Below are positions 29,240-34,382 of a stretch of DNA of 34,382 nt, in pieces (positions within the stretch are counted from its first letter, which is position 1; every line of letters starts with the position of its first letter). A model generated the notes under the pieces. That model was given only the letters and a program-made list of their open reading frames with translations, was not told the origin of the DNA and made no database searches. Origin of the DNA: an uncultured bacterium. GTDB lineage: Bacteria > Fidelibacterota > Marinisomatia > Marinisomatales > UBA1611. The DNA lies in assembly GCA_964648395.1 (NCBI GenBank), contig CAZYLQ010000006.1, positions 1 to 34,382 of the forward strand, read 5' to 3'. Made by a program: the position numbers and the translations under genes.

Positions 29240-29862
29240 AAAATAACCTTTTCTTTTTGAATAATACCTAATTGTATCAGGTCTTCAATTAATTGTTCTG
29301 TTGTAAAATATTGGATGCCCGTAAATCCGACTTCAGTTGCAGCATCAATATTTTCAGCTATGTCATCAATAAAAATGGAATTAGCAGGTTGTGTACCAGC
29401 CAGTTCGGCTGCGCTTAAATAAATCTCTTTATGTGGTTTACGTAATCCCACATTAAAAGAATATACAGCCCCAGATACTAAATTTGGAAATGTATACCGC
29501 TTTTCAATCTCATCTCTAATATGTTTTGGATTGGTGTTTGACAATAACCAAATAGAATAATTGTCTGATAATTTCTGCAGAAAATTTACGGTATCTCTCT
29601 CATCTCCCAATAATAATTTCCAAGCATGCCAAAAATCTGATTCTTTCAGACAGCATGGCTGGGGCAAGGATTCCTTTATAGCCAGAAACCATTCCTTGTC
29701 TGTGAGATGCCCTTTTTCGTATTGATCATGAGCTTCCGTTGGAAAACATTTACGAACATCTTCCATAGAGACATCCGTACAATCGCTTAAATATTGTAGT
29801 GTTCTTTCCGGATGGATATCTACCAGAACACCACCAATATCAAAAAATATTGTTGTAATCAT
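29236..29862 (-). CDS. HAD-superfamily hydrolase (subfamily IA-like)
   Basis: 208 aa. N-terminal FFDIGGVLV (motif I variant), LLSNTN (motif II) and FIDDIAENI (motif IV). ATGA overlap with the downstream 974-aa gene. Confidence 0.8.
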   Translation of the reverse strand: MITTIFFDIGGVLVDIHPERTLQYLSDCTDVSMEDVRKCFPTEAHDQYEKGHLTDKEWFLAIKESLPQPCCLKESDFWHAWKLLLGDERDTVNFLQKLSDNYSIWLLSNTNPKHIRDEIEKRYTFPNLVSGAVYSFNVGLRKPHKEIYLSAAELAGTQPANSIFIDDIAENIDAATEVGFTGIQYFTTEQLIEDLIQLGIIQKEKVIL

Positions 29863-29869
29863 TTTATTC

Positions 29870-29889
29870 AGAGTGAATTATTACAATAA
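29870..29889 (-). promoter_or_regulatory. promoter-like motif TTATTGTAATAATTCACTCT, second copy of the 6735-6754 motif
   Basis: Read on the minus strand it lies between the DCC-gene terminator and the HAD ATG, about 7 nt upstream of that ATG. 19 of 20 nt are identical to 6735-6754. Confidence 0.45.
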
Positions 29890-29912
29890 AAAACCCCACG
29901 AATGTGGGGGTT
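29886..29912 (-). terminator. rho-independent terminator after the DCC-family gene
   Basis: Minus strand reads CCCCAC-ATTC-GTGGGG followed by TTTTTTATTG. Confidence 0.8.
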
Positions 29913-29979
29913 AATTGTGCCAAAAGACCAGAATTATTTAAGCAATATCATCTTCTTCGTCTGCCTGAACTTTCCAGGC

Positions 29980-30369
29980 TCAATCAATTCTGAATGTGCA
30001 AATTTCTTGTTTCTTAAAAATCCAATACCTGTATTTAGCTACAAATCGGTAGATCATATCACGTATTGGCAGTGGAATAAGCCAAAAAATAAAAAACCAT
30101 ATCTTCCAGTTCCACCTCAAGTAAAGCAGACACCGTATTGCCGCTGCAGATCTAATATAAGAACGACCATTCCTCAATAGGTAAACTGTATCAGACCTTT
30201 GTTGCCATTCAGGGAATGTTTGAATTAGTTTTTGAGCATCTTCTGACTCTATTGGCCTATATGCAATATCAACACCTGATGCCAGCCTCGGATCCATGAA
30301 AAATGCTAACTGGTGGCATAGACCACAATCCCCATCCAAGAGTAGGATATCTCTGCTAGAGTCCAGCAT
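29980..30369 (-). CDS. thiol-disulfide oxidoreductase DCC family protein (DUF393)
   Basis: 129 aa. N-terminal LLLDGDCGLCH (the D-x-x-C-x-x-C motif of the DCC family) and C-terminal hydrophobic helices. Confidence 0.8.
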   Translation of the reverse strand: MLDSSRDILLLDGDCGLCHQLAFFMDPRLASGVDIAYRPIESEDAQKLIQTFPEWQQRSDTVYLLRNGRSYIRSAAAIRCLLYLRWNWKIWFFIFWLIPLPIRDMIYRFVAKYRYWIFKKQEICTFRID

Positions 30370-30398
30370 TTATGTAGCCATATCCAAATCTATTCTAC

Positions 30399-31553
30399 TT
30401 ATTCCTGGAATTGAAAATTGTTTTCTATATTTCCTGCCATAACTCGTTTATAATTTGATTGGTCAGTATCTCCCTCACTATTAATCACCAAAACAGATGA
30501 TGTTTTGTTTAAACAAATTTTCTCATTGAAGTTATTAAACTCATGCGTCTTGCAAAGCCCTATTAACGCTGCTAGACCACTTGCTCCTGATTCACCTGAT
30601 ATAATTACTGGATCTCCGGACACGGGATAAGCCAATGTTGTCATTGCTTCTTCTGATAATTTATCTGAAATCGTTATAGATCCTACCAGACCATTCTTCA
30701 ATATATTCCAAGCCAAGGTTGATACTGAACCACAATTTAGTCCTGCCATGGTTGTTGTTTCGTTGTTTTCAACTGAAACTCGATGTCCAGTTTTTATTGA
30801 TTCAAATAAACAGTTAGCAGAGTGTGGTTCTACACTAATACAGGCAGGAGGATTCTGCCATTCTTTCATTATATAACCAATGATTGACGCTGCCCAGCTT
30901 CCTACACCCGCTTGGAGAAACAATACATCAATTGTGTCTTTTCCAATTTGCTTCGTTATTTCATGTATTTGAGTACAATACCCTTTCATGATATCTATTG
31001 GCACCTCTTCATACCCATCCCAAGCTGTATCTTGTATCAAAGACCAAAAATGATTTCCCGATTTTTTATTAGCTTCTTCCACACGTGTGCTCGCCATCTT
31101 TACAGCAATATCATAGGCTTGATCTATCACAAATACATCTGCCCCTTCTTGTTCTATTGCTCTGACTCTATCAGAAACGGTTCCTTGAGGTATATAAATA
31201 AGAGCTTTTCGCCCTAGTTTTCTAGCCATCCATGCTACTGCTCTACCATGATTACCATCAGTGGCGGTACAAAATGTCTTTATTTGCGGATTTTTTTCTA
31301 TTTGCCTAGACATTGCATATGAAGCACCTAAGGCTTTAAATGCATTAAGTCCAAATCTATGGCTTTCATCTTTTAATATTAAGCTCCCTATACCTAAACG
31401 TTTAGCTAATCCAGGTAGTTTGACTAGGGGAGTTTTTTTGTTACCTATTGTTTCATGGAAATCTGCTACTTCTTTCGGATCCCAAGATGAAATGTAAGAT
31501 GTCTGTTTTACATCCTTTAAGCTAAAATTTTTGTTTTCTAACACACATATCAT
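30399..31553 (-). CDS. dpaL: diaminopropionate ammonia-lyase (PLP-dependent, YgeX-like)
   Basis: 384 aa. KDESHRFGLNAFKALGASYA (PLP lysine), TATDGNHGRAVAWMA, IQDTAWDGYEE, LQAGVGSWA, ISGESGASGL and INSEGDTD all match my recollection of E. coli YgeX, in the same order. Confidence 0.88.
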   Translation of the reverse strand: MICVLENKNFSLKDVKQTSYISSWDPKEVADFHETIGNKKTPLVKLPGLAKRLGIGSLILKDESHRFGLNAFKALGASYAMSRQIEKNPQIKTFCTATDGNHGRAVAWMARKLGRKALIYIPQGTVSDRVRAIEQEGADVFVIDQAYDIAVKMASTRVEEANKKSGNHFWSLIQDTAWDGYEEVPIDIMKGYCTQIHEITKQIGKDTIDVLFLQAGVGSWAASIIGYIMKEWQNPPACISVEPHSANCLFESIKTGHRVSVENNETTTMAGLNCGSVSTLAWNILKNGLVGSITISDKLSEEAMTTLAYPVSGDPVIISGESGASGLAALIGLCKTHEFNNFNEKICLNKTSSVLVINSEGDTDQSNYKRVMAGNIENNFQFQE

Positions 31554-31669
31554 TATGTATTTCCTAATTATTTAATCAATACAATTTACAAATATCTACC
31601 CACATGGTTATTTACACAGGCATCTTCTTCTATTTTAAATTTGCTAATTGTTTTAAAATTGAGACTTGA

Positions 31670-32554
31670 ATGAATAATTTTCACAATCCTTATGCCACAG
31701 CACTTGATGGATTAGTATTGGATGATCCCGTCTCTGCTTTTTTTGATTTTTGTCGAGAAAGAGAAAATATCCGTTTAGTAAGAGAAAGCGGAACTCCGGC
31801 TCCATGGACAGAGGATCCTATTTTTCAAAAGGGACGCTTCCTGAACGTATTCCGTGAAGACGACCGAGGGAGCAAAGCCATACTACACTTTGCCAGAAAC
31901 TTAGAAAAAGATAAACCCAATTTAATTCATGCTCTATTTTTTGCACGCTGGTGTAATAGACAAGATACTCTCGATAAACTTTCATCAAAAATTATATCTC
32001 AACCCAAAGAATTAATTAAAAAACTTGGTACACTCGACCCTTGGTGTAATGTTACAGCTTACCCTGTTGAGCCGATACATTGGGAAGGCAAACAATACTC
32101 ACGGTTCGATGCAGCCACAACACTTTTTGGAAACATTAAAGAAGCGCTAGCTGATGCTATCACCGGCGCTCAAGGTGACGTTATCGAAGCTACCAAATCG
32201 GTAAATGCTCTATTTAGAATGCAAAATGACTTCCCGATTTTTATGGCCGTTATTGATTTGGCCTGGTTTCGTCCTGATGTGATTGACCCGGCAAGTCATG
32301 TCCCTACAGGAATTGGTGCTGTAGCTTACCTTAATCTGCTGCAAATACATTTTGGTTTAAAGGATCATCGGCAAACGTGCGACCGAATGATTACGCTGCA
32401 AAAAGAATACTGGCCGGAAGCTAAAAGGGCATTTCAACCTATTGATATTGAATATTTATCCTGCGAGTGCAGGAAATATTACAGCTACGTCAATGGTACA
32501 AAACTTTTTGAAGGAAAAAATCGATTTCACCCTAAACGCTACATGGATAAATAG
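31670..32554 (+). CDS. 294-aa protein; N-terminal motif resembles the aGPT-Pplase / 5-hmdU DNA kinase helical-domain (DNA base hypermodification) family
   Basis: That it is coding seems secure: long ORF with globular composition. The family call rests on recall of the pattern R-x-x-I-(x)n-G-x-P-(x)-PWT-x-DPI-(x)5-F-x-NV-F/Y-R-x-x-DR, seen here as FCRERENIRLVRESGTPAPWTEDPIFQKGRFLNVFREDDRGS. No P-loop kinase module is present. Confidence 0.5.
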   Translation: MNNFHNPYATALDGLVLDDPVSAFFDFCRERENIRLVRESGTPAPWTEDPIFQKGRFLNVFREDDRGSKAILHFARNLEKDKPNLIHALFFARWCNRQDTLDKLSSKIISQPKELIKKLGTLDPWCNVTAYPVEPIHWEGKQYSRFDAATTLFGNIKEALADAITGAQGDVIEATKSVNALFRMQNDFPIFMAVIDLAWFRPDVIDPASHVPTGIGAVAYLNLLQIHFGLKDHRQTCDRMITLQKEYWPEAKRAFQPIDIEYLSCECRKYYSYVNGTKLFEGKNRFHPKRYMDK

Positions 32555-32589
32555 CCGTACACATTGGTTATGAGCTTATTATAATTCTT

Positions 32590-33228
32590 TCACCACTCGA
32601 ATGGACCATCCACCACTTTCCAGAAATAAAGTGATGCAATAGTTCGAAAAGGTTTCCACTTTTCAGCTCTTTCTTTCATGGTTTTTGGTGTAGGTAATTC
32701 TTTTAATTTAAAATACTGTTGAAACCCTTTTTGAACACCCAGGTCGCCGGAAGGGAAAACATCTGGTCGATTTAAAGTAAACATGAGGAACATTTGTGCT
32801 GTCCATGGACCTACACCTTTGATAGCAACTAATTGTTCCATAATATTATCATTAGAAAGATTGCCCAAGTTTTTATAATCAATAGACCCGTCTAAGAAAG
32901 CTTGGGATATATTCTTGATGTAGTTTGCTTTGGCGTTTGAAAGTCCAACAGAGCGAAGAATTTCATGGTCTGTTTTTAATACATCATCCGGGGAAGGATA
33001 ATTCTTTCCGTGATACAATGCAATAAATCTATCCGAAATGGTTTTAGCAGCCTTTCCACTTAACTGTTGATAAATAATGGCGCGAGTCAGGGAACGGTAA
33101 TAATCTGTTTCGGGTGTTAGGTCTTCTATCTGAAATGCATCCAAAAGCGGTCCCAGTTCTGGGTCCAATTCTCTTAAAGCGTTTACCGCTTTTTGAATTG
33201 GAAATCCTTCAGGCTTTTTTGCAGACAT
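32590..33228 (-). CDS. HhH-GPD DNA glycosylase, AlkA-like (DNA-3-methyladenine glycosylase II family)
   Basis: Helix-hairpin-helix IKGVGPWTAQMFLMF followed by RPDVFPSGDLGVQKG (catalytic Asp region). The ORF is open to 33279. The start at 33228 (MSAKKPE...) overlaps the methyltransferase stop by 20 nt. Confidence 0.82.
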   Translation of the reverse strand: MSAKKPEGFPIQKAVNALRELDPELGPLLDAFQIEDLTPETDYYRSLTRAIIYQQLSGKAAKTISDRFIALYHGKNYPSPDDVLKTDHEILRSVGLSNAKANYIKNISQAFLDGSIDYKNLGNLSNDNIMEQLVAIKGVGPWTAQMFLMFTLNRPDVFPSGDLGVQKGFQQYFKLKELPTPKTMKERAEKWKPFRTIASLYFWKVVDGPFEW

Positions 33229-33943
33229 ATATTTGCATTCCGCTTTCTTCATCCATGGAAGACCCATCGTAATCACCAAATTTCTCTTTTATCACCAGGC
33301 CAGCATTACTTATTAAAATATCCATAAAATGCGGATAGAACATACGCATGCTGTGTTTGTATTTGTCCAAGTCTAATTCACCATCCCGTTCCAATCTCCA
33401 TGTTAAGGAATTGACTTGAGTCTTTTGATCAAATTCATTTGATTCCATGATTCTGCATCGATTTCCATCAAAGTTAAAGTAAGGTGTTGCAGGAAATAAC
33501 CTTCCTTCTTCACGATACAAAAAAGATGGATCAGGAATAAAAATGGAGACCAAAAAAGTACCATTGTCAGTTAAGTGATTATGGACCGACTGTAGACACT
33601 GACTCGCATCCTCATTCGTCAAGTTATGTAGAAATGAATTAAATCCAATAAAGATGAAATTGAAGGACTGTTCTAAATGGAATTGCCGCATGTCATGATG
33701 AAGAAATGTAGCTTGATCTCCATATTTATGAATGGCTCTATTCAAGAATGAATCACTAGTATCAATTCCAGTATACTCTAGCCCAAGGTCTAAAATAAAC
33801 TTTGCTAATCTACCAGTTCCGGCAGCTAATTCTAAAACGGGTCCCCCGGTTTTTTCCGCAAGGGTGGTAATTAGATCTTTATCATCACTGTAATTTTGGT
33901 GAATAGCATCATAAAGATCCGGTTTTGTATAAATATCAACCAT
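33209..33943 (-). CDS. class I SAM-dependent methyltransferase
   Basis: 244 aa. Motif I VLELAAGTGRL, motif II/III YTGIDTS...HHDM. The small-molecule-type C-terminal half has no DNA-methyltransferase DPPY/NPPY motif. Confidence 0.8.
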   Translation of the reverse strand: MVDIYTKPDLYDAIHQNYSDDKDLITTLAEKTGGPVLELAAGTGRLAKFILDLGLEYTGIDTSDSFLNRAIHKYGDQATFLHHDMRQFHLEQSFNFIFIGFNSFLHNLTNEDASQCLQSVHNHLTDNGTFLVSIFIPDPSFLYREEGRLFPATPYFNFDGNRCRIMESNEFDQKTQVNSLTWRLERDGELDLDKYKHSMRMFYPHFMDILISNAGLVIKEKFGDYDGSSMDEESGMQIYVCKKA

Positions 33944-34011
33944 CGTGATACACTACCTTGGTTTCAATGCCACAAAAGGCACAGAATTCACATTATACAG
34001 AAATACAACTT

Positions 34012-34382
34012 CTAATTCAGGACAACTAGATCTTTGGTGGTCTTATTCAAAATCTCACAATCATCTTCGTTGATGATCACGTCATCTTCTATACGAACAC
34101 CACCCCATCCTGCAATATATATTCCGGGTTCGATGGTCATGACATTATTTACTTCCAGAATGGATTCACTTTGCGGACTAAACCTTGGAGATGTGTGAAT
34201 CTCCAATCCCAGTCCATGACCTGTGCCATGGGTATAATATTCACCATAGCCCATTTCTTTAATATAGTCTCGGGTTGAAGCATCCACCACATTACAAGCA
34301 ACACCTGACTTGGCTGTATTGCACCCGCGTTGCTGGGCTTCTTTTACAACTGCATAGACTTCCTCATGTTTTTCTGATGCTT
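34012..34382 (-). CDS. M24-family Xaa-Pro aminopeptidase, C-terminal part (5' end outside window)
   Basis: Frame is open to the window edge (ASEKHEEVYAVVKEAQQ...). HGTGHGLGLEIHTSP, MTIEPGIY and GGVRIEDDV metal-ligand motifs. Confidence 0.88.
   Translation of the reverse strand, partial: ASEKHEEVYAVVKEAQQRGCNTAKSGVACNVVDASTRDYIKEMGYGEYYTHGTGHGLGLEIHTSPRFSPQSESILEVNNVMTIEPGIYIAGWGGVRIEDDVIINEDDCEILNKTTKDLVVLN

Noticed and set aside
29902-30180. 92-aa plus-strand ORF spanning the terminator region and the 3' half of the DCC-family gene.
   Set aside because: It starts inside a terminator hairpin, is antisense to a gene with a clear family motif, and its sequence looks implausible.

Overview
AT-rich, very tightly packed bacterial chromosomal segment. 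Many adjacent genes overlap at stop/start (ATGA, GTGA, TAATG, TGATG). I found no rRNA, tRNA, CRISPR array, transposase or integrase. Omp85-type and other beta-barrel proteins ending in an aromatic residue indicate a diderm organism; I cannot assign a lineage from sequence alone. Housekeeping blocks: (1) a complete seven-gene shikimate operon (class II DAHP synthase, aroA, aroE, aroC, aroK, aroB, aroQ; 1-5521); (2) carA-carB (11244-15597); (3) ligA (18459-20462). Between these lie less ordinary loci. (a) 5578-9135: two tandem small Arg/Asp/Glu-rich ORFs, a stand-alone TerB-like protein, and a divergently transcribed 750-aa 4-TM membrane protein whose C-terminus is a paralog of that stand-alone protein. 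(b) 9191-11203: a 2-TM RCK-type K+ channel with a separately encoded cyclic-nucleotide-binding protein immediately downstream. (c) 15653-18462: four uncharacterised envelope proteins, the last overlapping ligA. (d) 21712-25904: a YadG/YadH-like ABC-2 exporter followed by two predicted outer-membrane proteins. (e) 26315-29239: a 974-aa fusion of zinc-peptidase, PD40 propeller and Omp85 barrel. (f) 31670-33943: a protein whose N-terminal motif resembles the aGPT-Pplase / 5-hmdU DNA kinase helical-domain (DNA base hypermodification) family, convergent with a methyltransferase and AlkA-like glycosylase pair. I rank (a) and (f) as the best candidates for undescribed biology, followed by (b), (d) and (e). 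All functional calls come from motif recognition by eye, with no database search.
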